From IMG/VR virus record IMGVR_UViG_3300034101_003860, positions 4,041-68,040 of that record: a stretch of 64,000 nucleotides of DNA, one strand, 5' to 3'. Each line of letters begins with the position of its first letter. The stretch's first letter is position 1. The position numbers and the translations under genes were made by a program. Below the pieces are notes generated by a model. That model was not told the DNA's origin. It saw only the letters and a program-made list of their open reading frames with translations, and did not search any database. Of this stretch, positions 40,673 to 50,665 are shown in pieces. This DNA is from a virus.

Positions 40673-41304
40673 GATAAACTCTTTTCTAAGGTAGAATATA
40701 TTTGGTCTTTAACAGAGTCTAGGCTTCTTGTGATCCAGTTATCTGCTTCTGTGCCGCTATAAGTGGCGGGCACTCTCCAAGATCTATTGGATGGCGTCAT
40801 AACAGCAAATCCAGTTCTAGAGTTTCTATTATTACCAAACAATACTTCATAATTACTAACTAATGTTTTATTACCTTCTAATAATAGCCATCTTAACCAA
40901 GGTAAGGAATATCCTCTTTCATTATCGGTTACAAAACTAAATTCCTGATATAGCACGTCACTAAAATCAGCTTTTATCATGTTAATACTAAAAAAACTTT
41001 TAATTTGGTTATTATTAATAAATGGTTTATTATATGTTATTTGCATATTGGTAATCCAATAGTTTAATAAGTTATTAACTTTAGTGTTAGCATCTGGAAT
41101 ACCAAGCTCATATCTTAATTGACCGGCTAATAAAGCGTTATATTCTGGAGCATTTAATATACTATTTTGTACAATTAAAGGGATTTCTTGTTTTAATTTG
41201 GAATAGGCATCTTTCATTAAATTTTCCACCGCTGGCAATAAAGCGTCAAGAATTCTATTATAGATATCTTGATTAGACTCTAATAGTTTAAGAGATATAT
41301 TCAT
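40669..41304 (-). CDS. putative neck/tail completion protein
   Basis: Position; LPWLRWLLLEG and GTEADNWITR. Confidence 0.5.
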   Translation of the reverse strand: MNISLKLLESNQDIYNRILDALLPAVENLMKDAYSKLKQEIPLIVQNSILNAPEYNALLAGQLRYELGIPDANTKVNNLLNYWITNMQITYNKPFINNNQIKSFFSINMIKADFSDVLYQEFSFVTDNERGYSLPWLRWLLLEGNKTLVSNYEVLFGNNRNSRTGFAVMTPSNRSWRVPATYSGTEADNWITRSLDSVKDQIYSTLEKSLS

Positions 41305-41324
41305 TTTTATATTTTGTTAAAAAC

Positions 41325-42011
41325 TTATAGTGTTGGGGTCGGGGTTGGTGTTAATGTGGGCGTGACACTAACGGTCGGTGTTATAGTTGGCGTAGCTGTT
41401 GGAGTAATAGTTGAGGTGGGAGTAATTGTTCTGGTCAACGATATTGTTGGAGTAGGGGTAGCAGCCGTAGGACTAGGTAGTGGTGTTTTTCTAGGCTCAG
41501 AATTAACTCCTATCTTTTCCCACATGCAAAATAAATAATTATTATCACCAAGTCCAGCAGGATTGGGTTCTCCGTAGAGTCTAAAAACAGGATTAGATCC
41601 TTCAGTATTATAAATAACCGTTATATCTTTACATTGCTTGATAGAAGATAAATAAGTCTTATCACATATAGTTTGAATAAAACCTTCTGGATTATTAATA
41701 TTAGGAGGAGGATTAATCCATTTTTTATAATCCCATATAATAGCTAAATAACCAGTAGAAGACGTTATTTCTCCATAGAAACCTATGCCATTACAATAAG
41801 GACAAATTTTACCAAGACTAAAAACAATGGGACCCCCAGCTTTATATTTACCAGAGGATTTTTTTAAGCTTACATCATAAATACAATTAGGACATATTAT
41901 TTTTTTACTAATACCAAAATTAAATTCACACTCTGTGCTGAGGCCAGAGCTAGCCAATAACATGTCCATTTGATTTTTGTAGACAGTTTGTAACTTATTA
42001 AAGTCTACCAT
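41325..42011 (-). CDS. putative head closure protein with Zn finger and C-terminal Thr/Pro-rich tail
   Basis: CPNC..CPYC; last ~45 aa are TPT repeats. Confidence 0.6.
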   Translation of the reverse strand: MVDFNKLQTVYKNQMDMLLASSGLSTECEFNFGISKKIICPNCIYDVSLKKSSGKYKAGGPIVFSLGKICPYCNGIGFYGEITSSTGYLAIIWDYKKWINPPPNINNPEGFIQTICDKTYLSSIKQCKDITVIYNTEGSNPVFRLYGEPNPAGLGDNNYLFCMWEKIGVNSEPRKTPLPSPTAATPTPTISLTRTITPTSTITPTATPTITPTVSVTPTLTPTPTPTL

Positions 42012-42019
42012 ATAAAATC

Positions 42020-42556
42020 CTATGAATAAAAGTCATTACTATTAGTGCTTCTAAAAGATCCTCTTAATAAATATCTTGGATCAAAATTATTACCCACAAA
42101 AGGACTAAGCACAGCACTAACAGCAGTAGCATTACCTATATTATGATCTAAGATCAATTGCTCGTAGAGTTTGCACGGCCCTTGGTCTTGGTCTAGTATC
42201 ATTTTATATCCTGCTATATTACCACTAATACTTAAATTAGCAGACCCTAAAGCTGTTTTAATGCCTTCTAGAGCGGCTTTGGTTCTGAATGTACTTTGAT
42301 CTAAAATACATGCACTTTTCAAAGCTATCAAACCAATAAAATCAACATCTCTAGAATTAGGATCGCTAGGATCAGGAGATATAGTTTGATTAACAATATT
42401 GATAGTATAATTAGTAGTTAAGTTAGCATCTTTGGCCACATACTGAGCAGCAACTGTGGCTAGTTGCTGTATTCTATCATCAGAGTATGTTGGAATAGTT
42501 TCTAAGTCATTGATCAAAGTTCTTACAATAATAGGAATTTCAATTTGCCAGTACAT
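42020..42556 (-). CDS. putative head-tail adaptor
   Basis: Follows capsid gene; IVRTLIND...YSDDRI pattern. Confidence 0.6.
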   Translation of the reverse strand: MYWQIEIPIIVRTLINDLETIPTYSDDRIQQLATVAAQYVAKDANLTTNYTINIVNQTISPDPSDPNSRDVDFIGLIALKSACILDQSTFRTKAALEGIKTALGSANLSISGNIAGYKMILDQDQGPCKLYEQLILDHNIGNATAVSAVLSPFVGNNFDPRYLLRGSFRSTNSNDFYS

Positions 42557-42593
42557 ATTGTCCCTTTATTTTAATAAAAAAGATATCTATTAG

Positions 42594-42605
42594 TTATAAT
42601 ACACC
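42594..42605 (-). promoter_or_regulatory. candidate late promoter (GGTGTATTATAA)
   Basis: Immediately downstream of capsid terminator, upstream of adaptor gene. Confidence 0.65.
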
Positions 42606-42606
42606 T

Positions 42607-42639
42607 AAAAAAAAAGGCCGGCGACAAGCGCCAGCCTTC
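42607..42639 (-). terminator. intrinsic terminator after major capsid gene
   Basis: AAGGCTGGCG-CTTGT-CGCCGGCCTT followed by T run on minus strand. Confidence 0.9.
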
Positions 42640-42663
42640 TTTTCTAAGAGCATTAAAAACCGA

Positions 42664-43668
42664 TCAGAGAGAACCAAGTAGAACTCTACGATTATCAAGA
42701 ACAGCAAAACCCTGTTCAGCCCAACCATAGAAGCCAGCTCGCTTTTGGCGATGTAGTGTATCGTCCTCGAAGATTTGAACTTCTTGACGCACTGGCATAA
42801 TGAAACTATCTCTCTTGCGAAGATCAAGACCAACGACTAGTTCAACGTCAGTAGCTGGAAGGCTAGCATTTAGAACGTTTTCATAGAATAGTTGATATTG
42901 TTGATCTTCACCAAGCTCATCAAGATCGTGTAGATTGACGCCGAATACTCTGTTAAGAGTACCATCAGCAGCAACATAGATCTCACGACGAGTGATTTCA
43001 TCAACTTGATCAACACCCCAGTTGCGAATGTCTTCCATAGCTTCTGGACTAACATAAAGATCAGTTAATAAACCACGGTTGTTACTAGCGCTGTTACCAC
43101 CACCATTTCTGCGCATAACAGTCTTCATAAGACTAACTAAACGCTTGGTGAATTGACCAGCATCAGCATCACTATCGTATACTACGATGTTGCGATCAAC
43201 ACCAGCAGCTAATAGTGTGTGCCAACCATCGTCATTCATCTTCTTGACAAATTGAGCTTCGAGAACTTCCATAGCACGACCAACAACGTCCCAACGGGCG
43301 TCACGAGCATACTTTAGAAGATAATCAATACTAGCGCCAATGTCATAGGTTGGAACCATGACATAATCGCCTTCAACATGACGCTGTGGAATATAACCAT
43401 GATTTGGAATGGTATAAGCCACAAAGTCTTTTTCAGTACCTGGAGCAAGAAAGTCTAGTGGAAATTCTGGAGTAGCACTTTGAGCTAATACGATTGGCTC
43501 AAAAATACCATCAAGAATATCACCATTTAGAACACCTTGACGAAGAGGAAGTTCTAGGGCCTTAGCAAACTCTGCATTAGCACCTAAAGCTACTTCCTTA
43601 TTTAGCGAACCAGAACGAACAAGAAGATCTGTTAATTCTGGAGTTGCTTCAAAACGTTTATTGGCCAT
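42664..43668 (-). CDS. major capsid protein (HK97 fold likely)
   Basis: AGGGAG RBS before MANK; biased codon usage; follows protease/cement; GFYGWAEQGFAVLD C-terminus; strong terminator. Confidence 0.85.
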   Translation of the reverse strand: MANKRFEATPELTDLLVRSGSLNKEVALGANAEFAKALELPLRQGVLNGDILDGIFEPIVLAQSATPEFPLDFLAPGTEKDFVAYTIPNHGYIPQRHVEGDYVMVPTYDIGASIDYLLKYARDARWDVVGRAMEVLEAQFVKKMNDDGWHTLLAAGVDRNIVVYDSDADAGQFTKRLVSLMKTVMRRNGGGNSASNNRGLLTDLYVSPEAMEDIRNWGVDQVDEITRREIYVAADGTLNRVFGVNLHDLDELGEDQQYQLFYENVLNASLPATDVELVVGLDLRKRDSFIMPVRQEVQIFEDDTLHRQKRAGFYGWAEQGFAVLDNRRVLLGSL

Positions 43669-43682
43669 ATTTTTCTCCCTTA

Positions 43683-44132
43683 TCATGTTATATTAATGTC
43701 TACTTTTACATAACCATCTGCATCTAGAGTGCTGAGGAATCTACCAACCTTAGTACTATTTGTACTTGTTATTGTGAGAACTCCATTAACACCATAGTAA
43801 GCATCGGCACCGATTGTTGGAGTACCACTAACTACGTTAGTAACCACTTGGCCTTGACGTAGTAATGTTACTTTACTGCCAATCTGAACTTCATCTTTAT
43901 GCCAGTTGATGTGCTGTCTTGTTAGATCAAGATCAACAACATCATTTAGCAATAAGCCAGCGGGCTTGGTGCCGGATTGATTAGCGGCATATTCTACAAC
44001 AGCGTTAGCATCATCCATACTAACTCCGCTGCCACCACTAACATGCACAACTATACCACCACGTTCACCTGTTTCGTTCATGAAGAACGAGATATCTGTA
44101 TATGCTTCGATACGATCTGGTTTTAAAGCCAT
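43683..44132 (-). CDS. capsid cement/decoration protein
   Basis: Small beta-rich protein between scaffold and capsid (PAGLLLND..VTLLRQGQV..VGRFLS..DGYVKV). Confidence 0.7.
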   Translation of the reverse strand: MALKPDRIEAYTDISFFMNETGERGGIVVHVSGGSGVSMDDANAVVEYAANQSGTKPAGLLLNDVVDLDLTRQHINWHKDEVQIGSKVTLLRQGQVVTNVVSGTPTIGADAYYGVNGVLTITSTNSTKVGRFLSTLDADGYVKVDINIT

Positions 44133-44134
44133 GT

Positions 44135-44809
44135 TCACTCTCCCTTATTTAGTTTTTTACCTAGTCTGTTATACACAAAATCAACTAAAGCAGCTCTTGT
44201 GTTTTCAGCTTCAGAAACTGTTTCTTCGCTACCAACACTAAGATCAATGGTTTCTTCTGTTTCTGCTGTTTCTAAAACATCGGCAGTTTCTTCAGAAGCC
44301 TTTTTCTTCATCATCATTGCTTCTTCTTCCATTTTCTTTTTCTTCATTGGCATCATAGCAGCAAAAACTTCTGTCATGCTGTCAAAAGAAGCATCGTCAA
44401 GACCTTCAAACTTTTCAACTGTGCTTGTAGCAAGCTCGGTTTCAAAGCCGGTTTCAAGAAGAGTTGCCATTCTTTTCATTTTCTTTTCTTTTTTCATCAT
44501 TTCTGCTTCTTTGTCTTTATAGGCAGCGAGAATTTCATTAGCAGCATCAAAATCTGCTTTCATCTTTTGCATTTCTTCGTCTTTTTTCTTCATATCTTCT
44601 GCCATCTTTTTAGCAGCTTCTTCTTTTTCGACAACAACAGTTTTGACTTCAGATAGTTCTGTTTCTGTGGCTTGGAGCTTAGCAGAAAGTTCTGCGTTCT
44701 TACTTTCTAGATCAGAAGCTAAGCTTTTTACTTCAGCAATAGCGTCTTTGCATTGAGACATAGCTTCGATTTTTTCTTTAATTTCGACAACTTCTTTTTC
44801 TAAACTCAT
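44135..44809 (-). CDS. nested in-frame scaffold protein (internal start)
   Basis: AAGGAG-AATGAT-ATG at the protease/coiled-coil junction, with GGTGTAT motif about 35 nt upstream. Confidence 0.65.
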   Translation of the reverse strand: MSLEKEVVEIKEKIEAMSQCKDAIAEVKSLASDLESKNAELSAKLQATETELSEVKTVVVEKEEAAKKMAEDMKKKDEEMQKMKADFDAANEILAAYKDKEAEMMKKEKKMKRMATLLETGFETELATSTVEKFEGLDDASFDSMTEVFAAMMPMKKKKMEEEAMMMKKKASEETADVLETAETEETIDLSVGSEETVSEAENTRAALVDFVYNRLGKKLNKGE

Positions 44810-45649
44810 ATCATTCTCCTTTAGGTTGGCTTGATTTGAAAATACACCTATATTTTCAAAAGTATCTTTTTTTTCTTGTTGTAATTCTAGCTCGCCAATA
44901 TTTTTTTGAATTTTTAGACTATTTTGAGTAAAAATAACACTTTCTGGGTTGGCTGGTTTATCAACAAAACCCTTACCAGAGAATGTTATTTGTCTTAAAA
45001 CTCTACCAATTTTATGGTCTTGATATTCACCAACACCACCATATGCTCTAAGATGTTTTGTTAAAAATGCTGTATCCTCTGCTCTGCTAAGAACTTTGTA
45101 TTCTCCAGTGCTTTTATTTATTAATCCATAATCAAAACCTTTAAAAAAACATTCCATACTAACATATTTAGTTCCATTTTCAATTTCAGCAATTAATTTT
45201 TGTGATCTTTCTTTGAGGTCTGGTTCTGTATATCCTACATAAATAACAGATCCGGTTAATATATGATATTTATTAGGTAAGTTTTCTAAGGGAGTAGATT
45301 GATCTATCAAAATTCCATCATCTGTAATAGGCCAATTAGATGTAATGTGACCCACGATAATACCTTCATTATGCTCTAAATTAGTAGGTTTATGAATTGG
45401 GGTATTTTTAGCTGCCCAAACCTCATCCTTATCAAAAATATCATCATTTTTATTCCAAGAAGTAGTAACTAATATGGATTGAGTATAGTATAAGTCTTTA
45501 TCCTCCAACCCAGCTAAAGCTTTTATATCATTTATTTTTATGCAGGAATTGCTTGTAGATGGTTCTGCTAAAGAGGCGTAAGTTAAAGAAGCCTGGGCGG
45601 ATAGTGCGTTTTCTAGTCCGTCATTTAATTCTGCTTCAAAAATTTTCAT
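44135..45649 (-). CDS. prohead protease fused to C-terminal scaffold
   Basis: WNKNDD, PTNLEH, IVGHI, VSMEC, FSGKGFVDKPANP protease motifs; coiled-coil C-terminus. Confidence 0.8.
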   Translation of the reverse strand: MKIFEAELNDGLENALSAQASLTYASLAEPSTSNSCIKINDIKALAGLEDKDLYYTQSILVTTSWNKNDDIFDKDEVWAAKNTPIHKPTNLEHNEGIIVGHITSNWPITDDGILIDQSTPLENLPNKYHILTGSVIYVGYTEPDLKERSQKLIAEIENGTKYVSMECFFKGFDYGLINKSTGEYKVLSRAEDTAFLTKHLRAYGGVGEYQDHKIGRVLRQITFSGKGFVDKPANPESVIFTQNSLKIQKNIGELELQQEKKDTFENIGVFSNQANLKENDMSLEKEVVEIKEKIEAMSQCKDAIAEVKSLASDLESKNAELSAKLQATETELSEVKTVVVEKEEAAKKMAEDMKKKDEEMQKMKADFDAANEILAAYKDKEAEMMKKEKKMKRMATLLETGFETELATSTVEKFEGLDDASFDSMTEVFAAMMPMKKKKMEEEAMMMKKKASEETADVLETAETEETIDLSVGSEETVSEAENTRAALVDFVYNRLGKKLNKGE

Positions 45650-45675
45650 AAATACTTTCTTTGTAAAGTGGTCTA

Positions 45676-47877
45676 TTAAGATAGATACACCAGTTGATAC
45701 AAATAAGATTTTGTATACTTTGTTTCTTCTGCGGTGAGTGGTCTATTCAATTCTCTATTTATTGCCTTATTAAATTGTTGGTACTGATAATATTTAGTAT
45801 TAATTTCAATACTATTGATAGTATTGAGTTTTGATAAAACTAACTCTGTCGTGACTTCCGCAAACGGTTCTATTGAAAAAAAGATTTTAGCTTTGGTTGC
45901 TTCTGCTTCTTCATATTCTGTATTGGCTAGACTTCTCATATTTTTTTTATTATAAAATTCTAATAAGATAGGATTAACAATATTAGAAATTTTGTCTTGT
46001 GTATCCAACGACCAAATATTTAAAGAAGCACCGGTTTGTGGGGAAAATTCTTTAGTTTTCCTTTTGTTAGAATCTTTGCTGTTTCTAGGTCTTCCTTGTT
46101 GGGGTTGTCCCGGTAAAGACTTAGAAGAATTATCTCCTCCTAATGGAGAGGTTTTGATAGGAGGAAACTGTGTTTTGACCTCTATAGCATTCATCTCTCC
46201 TTTTTTCTTTTTGTCTAAATCTATTCCTATTTGTGATGGAGTAGCTAAACCAAGCTGCATAGCCATTTTCTTAGCAGTATTTTCAAAGTTGGCATCAAAA
46301 AATGGACCAGCTTTATTGACCATTCTTTTATTTTTTCTTTCTCTGTTTTCTCTATTAAGTCTAGTTTTCTCCGTTTCTGGATCAAAACCAAAGACTCTTT
46401 GAATTAGTTCGTCAGAAACTATGTTTCTATCGGCTAGTTGAATTAATAATGCTTTTTCTGCTTCTTCATTACTTAAGTCCATTCTATCGAATTCTATCTT
46501 CGCAGGAAATCTGAAACCCATAGCTTTTTGTACCATAGCAATTTCTTTTTTCCAAAATGCCATTAGTACTTTGCGACCATACTGTAGTCTTTGAGTTAAT
46601 GTTTTTAGGCTGATAAAATTATTTGTAGTTCCAGCAGCGCCATATGTGCCAGTTAGGGTTGGAGGAATACCGAGTCCTGCATAAACGCTATTTAAATGTG
46701 GAGTATACTTTCCTTCTCCTAAAAATTGATGAACATTAGTTTTGCTTTCTAACATTTCAATATCTGGACCCCAAACTAAATCTATGGTTCCTCCGCCAAC
46801 ATTATTTTGTAAAATACTACTTAGTTTACTAGCGGCTGCTGGAGTAGGCGCAATTTTATGCTCTAAACTACCTAACTTGAAAATACGAATATTACTAATA
46901 GCACCATCTAATGCTGCTAAATCTGCTAGTTTTAATTTTTCAATAACATTAATATCATCCATGATACTATAAATCATAGGATATGCCCAAGTCTTCCAAT
47001 CATCTTTTTTATAATGAAAAACCAGAGTCTTTTCAGGATCTAAAACATATGGCTTCTTAGTTTTGGCCGCATCTATAATTGCTAAAGGTAGCTGATCAAT
47101 AATTTTTCTTTCAGCATCATTTTTAGGACTGTTAATAATTTTGCGTAGTCCTGCTGGAATAACAATAGAATAAGTTTTATTTTGAACGAATGATGATAGT
47201 GATCCTCCAATAACATCTACATATATAGGATCAATAAAAGTATATTTCCAAGGAATTTCTCTTTTTTCTACTTTGGGTTCGTTTTGATTAATAATTAAAT
47301 CTGGACTTCCGACACTCTTATATAGGCTATCTTCAACTTTTACACTAATCTTAGCAGTTTGTCTATTGATAACAACATTACCAACACGATATAAATTATT
47401 TAAAAATCTTTCGCTTCTTTCTTCGCCACTAACTTTATCAAACCAATTTCTATAAAATCTTTCTATTCTTTTATTTGGATGAACCAATCTAATCCCTTGA
47501 CAAGCAAAATCTCCCATAAGATCAATAACATTTTTTACTAATCCAACTCTGTTATAAACGACATCTGCTTTATTTAGTATTCCTTTAATGTGGGTAGGAA
47601 TACTTTCTTCTGGTCTAAAATAGTCATAATCACTACGTGTTAATCCAGGACGCCCACTAGTTGGTCCGTCAAGATTAGAAAAATCCAAACGATACCTACT
47701 GTTGTTGGCGGTACTTTTATCTATTACGGTAAATTCATCTAAAGCTTTTGATGCTTCATTTAATGCTGCTCTTTTATCATCTAGATTTTCATCTCCCCAT
47801 GTAACATATGCTTGTTCTGGAGGTAGTATTTCAGCGTTTGGAATGGCCGCATTAGTTTTGTTTGGATTATCTGTCAT
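45676..47877 (-). CDS. portal protein
   Basis: Follows TerL; GLVKNVIDLMGDF, YRVGNV, VYAGLGIPP, position before protease. Confidence 0.85.
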   Translation of the reverse strand: MTDNPNKTNAAIPNAEILPPEQAYVTWGDENLDDKRAALNEASKALDEFTVIDKSTANNSRYRLDFSNLDGPTSGRPGLTRSDYDYFRPEESIPTHIKGILNKADVVYNRVGLVKNVIDLMGDFACQGIRLVHPNKRIERFYRNWFDKVSGEERSERFLNNLYRVGNVVINRQTAKISVKVEDSLYKSVGSPDLIINQNEPKVEKREIPWKYTFIDPIYVDVIGGSLSSFVQNKTYSIVIPAGLRKIINSPKNDAERKIIDQLPLAIIDAAKTKKPYVLDPEKTLVFHYKKDDWKTWAYPMIYSIMDDINVIEKLKLADLAALDGAISNIRIFKLGSLEHKIAPTPAAASKLSSILQNNVGGGTIDLVWGPDIEMLESKTNVHQFLGEGKYTPHLNSVYAGLGIPPTLTGTYGAAGTTNNFISLKTLTQRLQYGRKVLMAFWKKEIAMVQKAMGFRFPAKIEFDRMDLSNEEAEKALLIQLADRNIVSDELIQRVFGFDPETEKTRLNRENRERKNKRMVNKAGPFFDANFENTAKKMAMQLGLATPSQIGIDLDKKKKGEMNAIEVKTQFPPIKTSPLGGDNSSKSLPGQPQQGRPRNSKDSNKRKTKEFSPQTGASLNIWSLDTQDKISNIVNPILLEFYNKKNMRSLANTEYEEAEATKAKIFFSIEPFAEVTTELVLSKLNTINSIEINTKYYQYQQFNKAINRELNRPLTAEETKYTKSYLYQLVYLS

Positions 47878-47916
47878 ATTTTAATACAATTATAATGTGA
47901 TTGTTAATACTATTGA

Positions 47917-47928
47917 TTAGTATACACA
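47917..47928 (-). promoter_or_regulatory. candidate late promoter (TGTGTATACTAA)
   Basis: GTGTAT motif about 40 nt upstream of portal ATG. Confidence 0.6.
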
Positions 47929-47929
47929 A

Positions 47930-49969
47930 TTATCTATAAATTCCTTTATATATATCATCGTTAGCTGCTCCTGTAAACCAAGTTGGTCCTTTATATAGTT
48001 CTCCGTTAGTACTCTTTTTAAAATCATCACGTAAATTTGATCCTATAATATCAAATGTCACTGGAGTTAAACATCTATTTATTTGCCTTGCTAACATGTT
48101 TGCTATGATTAGAGCGCTATATCTATCTTTTCTTAACTTGCCCTTTTTACCATTAGGAAGTTTAACTTCTGGAGTATCCCATCTATCTCTTCCTCCTGAA
48201 CCTGTACTTGTTTGACTCATAACAATAGTTGTAAGCTCGTTTTTTAGTTCTTCTATTTCTAGAATACAATCGCTTTGATTATCATATATATTATTAAAAT
48301 CTGTTTCCATAATATCTTTATTTTCTTTGTCCAAAGCTAAAGCTAAACTAATTTGGTCAAATCTTGGAAATAATAAAACTTTATCTTCTAAATCTTTCCT
48401 AAGACCATGATTAGCTTGACTAGTCCAGTCTGCTCTAGCAAATTGAACTAATTCTAAAATGTGAAGTCCTGGCTGATCATCTGTATCTTTTGGTTTGTTG
48501 TTATCTATAGTTGGCCAAATTAAAGATTCTCCGTCTTCTAACTTACCAGGATCGTGTAAGGCTTCTTCTATGGCTACTCCTCCACCCTGAGCATCCATGC
48601 CAATTTTGGCTGGTGGAAAAGTTTTCATAAGATTACGTATTTTTCTAGCACAAAATCCATAAAAATCATATTCATTAACCAGTCCTGTTTTTTGTCTATC
48701 TTTAAAATTATTTCGATTGGTGGTCCAACAGTATACTATCCGAGAATGATCAGGATGTATTTCTAAAACCACTATACTAAAATTATCTTTCTCTGAAGCT
48801 GGATCTATTCCATAAACATATTCTAAGTTGAGATTTCCTGTTGTGGACGAGTCGAATACTACAGTTTTACCATTTATAATGATAGGTTTAGTTTCGCTAG
48901 CAATACAGCTCTCTATAAGACTGCGTCTAAAAAATCCATCGCTATCTTCTGTAAAACATGCTGCGTATTCCATGTTGTATATACCGGTATGTATTGTGGC
49001 CTTAGCTCGACTAACTTGTTTATCATCCATAAAACCTTTAGGAATAAGTTCATATGGTATACGCACAATACTGTAGTCTTGCCAATTAAAATTATCTGGT
49101 ACTTCTCCTTTAAAAATTTCTTCTAGTTTGTGTTTGTCTCCACGACTTTCGATAATTGTTTTGTATCTTTTCCAGTAACTAGCAAAGTGTTTAAAGGCGT
49201 AGTCTGCTGTGCCGGATATGATCGCCTGATTACCTTTTTTGATTTGGACTGCTTCTAATTCATCATTCCATAGTCCTGCTTCTGATAGTGCTTTCTTTTT
49301 AGCTTCTTCTTTAACGTTTTGGATTGGATTGGCCGACACGGCTGCGAAGCCTGATACTACTGTTTCGTAAATATCTGGTGATATTGATGCGAATTCGTCT
49401 GCGATGATAATATGCGCTCTTAAGCCTCTAATCTTGCTACCATCACCCATAGGAACCGCTATTGTCCAACTTTCACCTAGTCTAATAGTGCATCTATCAA
49501 CATCTCGACGCGGACCATCATTGTTTCCTGTGAAGATGCTTCGTAATATGGGACTATTTCGCCACAACGTTTCCATATATTCAAATATGATTTTACTCTG
49601 TCGAAAAGCAGCACCCACAACCACGATTTTTGTTCCTGGCACAAGCATACAACGTAACACACAATATAGTGCCATCAAAAAGCTTTTACCAAAACCGCGA
49701 GAGGCTATAAACATAGGAAATGGTCTTACCCAAAATTCTTGTAAGATAGCTATTTGAATTGGATGAAGCTCTATATCAAATAACAATTTACAAGTACTAC
49801 CAAAATACTTAGGATTTCTAAGCAGTCTTAACAAATGAAGATCAGGATTTTCTATATCTTCCTTTATCCTTCCGATCATAGGATTAGTATCAACTATGAT
49901 TTTGGAAAGATCACCAAGACCAAGCCAAGCGTCCTCAAAGATTTTTTTATTTTGTATGATACTGTTCAT
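47930..49969 (-). CDS. terL: terminase large subunit
   Basis: Walker A ASRGFGKS, IRGLRA, Walker B IIADE, MEY, nuclease YGIDPA..D and KDRYSA. Confidence 0.95.
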   Translation of the reverse strand: MNSIIQNKKIFEDAWLGLGDLSKIIVDTNPMIGRIKEDIENPDLHLLRLLRNPKYFGSTCKLLFDIELHPIQIAILQEFWVRPFPMFIASRGFGKSFLMALYCVLRCMLVPGTKIVVVGAAFRQSKIIFEYMETLWRNSPILRSIFTGNNDGPRRDVDRCTIRLGESWTIAVPMGDGSKIRGLRAHIIIADEFASISPDIYETVVSGFAAVSANPIQNVKEEAKKKALSEAGLWNDELEAVQIKKGNQAIISGTADYAFKHFASYWKRYKTIIESRGDKHKLEEIFKGEVPDNFNWQDYSIVRIPYELIPKGFMDDKQVSRAKATIHTGIYNMEYAACFTEDSDGFFRRSLIESCIASETKPIIINGKTVVFDSSTTGNLNLEYVYGIDPASEKDNFSIVVLEIHPDHSRIVYCWTTNRNNFKDRQKTGLVNEYDFYGFCARKIRNLMKTFPPAKIGMDAQGGGVAIEEALHDPGKLEDGESLIWPTIDNNKPKDTDDQPGLHILELVQFARADWTSQANHGLRKDLEDKVLLFPRFDQISLALALDKENKDIMETDFNNIYDNQSDCILEIEELKNELTTIVMSQTSTGSGGRDRWDTPEVKLPNGKKGKLRKDRYSALIIANMLARQINRCLTPVTFDIIGSNLRDDFKKSTNGELYKGPTWFTGAANDDIYKGIYR

Positions 49970-50411
49970 ATATTCTTTTCATTAAACTAGCAGAAAATTT
50001 TTCCGCATTATCAGAATCTCCGCAAAATACTACTTGTATGTTATATTTTAGTTGTATTTCAATTAGTCTTTTGATAATATAATTACCACTAATACGCAAT
50101 TTGTCCCATAGCTTTTTAGGAATATCACTACCAACTGGAAAACTGTATACTTCATCTAAAGAAAATTCAAAGACCATATATGGATGTTTAATTTTACTTA
50201 ATCTATCTAAAACATCCGAGAATCTACTTTCGCTCAAATTAGTAGCTATTTCGCTAACACTCTTTTTTCTTTCTATAGCTAGTATATTTTCAAAACCTTC
50301 TATAGTATAATCTCCGGTATCTAGCTTTTTTTTAGCCGTATTATGGAAACCAAACTCCCAAGGAATTTGTTCTCTTGTATCAATTATAATTGTAAAAGGG
50401 TCTTGATTCAT
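49947..50411 (-). CDS. ERCC4/XPF-family nuclease
   Basis: IIIDTREQ, LDTGDY, AIERKKS motifs. Confidence 0.85.
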   Translation of the reverse strand: MNQDPFTIIIDTREQIPWEFGFHNTAKKKLDTGDYTIEGFENILAIERKKSVSEIATNLSESRFSDVLDRLSKIKHPYMVFEFSLDEVYSFPVGSDIPKKLWDKLRISGNYIIKRLIEIQLKYNIQVVFCGDSDNAEKFSASLMKRIYEQYHTK

Positions 50412-50665
50412 TTTAATAATAATTTTGTAAAGAATTCTCTATAACTATCTTCATCATTTTTTATGAGCTCGTGATGCAGTCTACAGAGAGTTATACCGTT
50501 TTGAGGATGATATCTTAGACCGGGGAAATCGGCCCATCTGTATATGTGGTGGGCTTGTAATTTTTTAGTATTAGTACAGTTTGGCCATTGACACTTGTGA
50601 TTGTCTCGAGCATATATTTTTTTGCGCCATTCTTTATATTGGGGGTCTTGATAATTTCTAGTCAT
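50408..50665 (-). CDS. HNH endonuclease (packaging-associated type)
   Basis: WRKKIYARDNHKCQ..C..LQAHHI..NGITLCRLHH. Confidence 0.9.
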   Translation of the reverse strand: MTRNYQDPQYKEWRKKIYARDNHKCQWPNCTNTKKLQAHHIYRWADFPGLRYHPQNGITLCRLHHELIKNDEDSYREFFTKLLLK

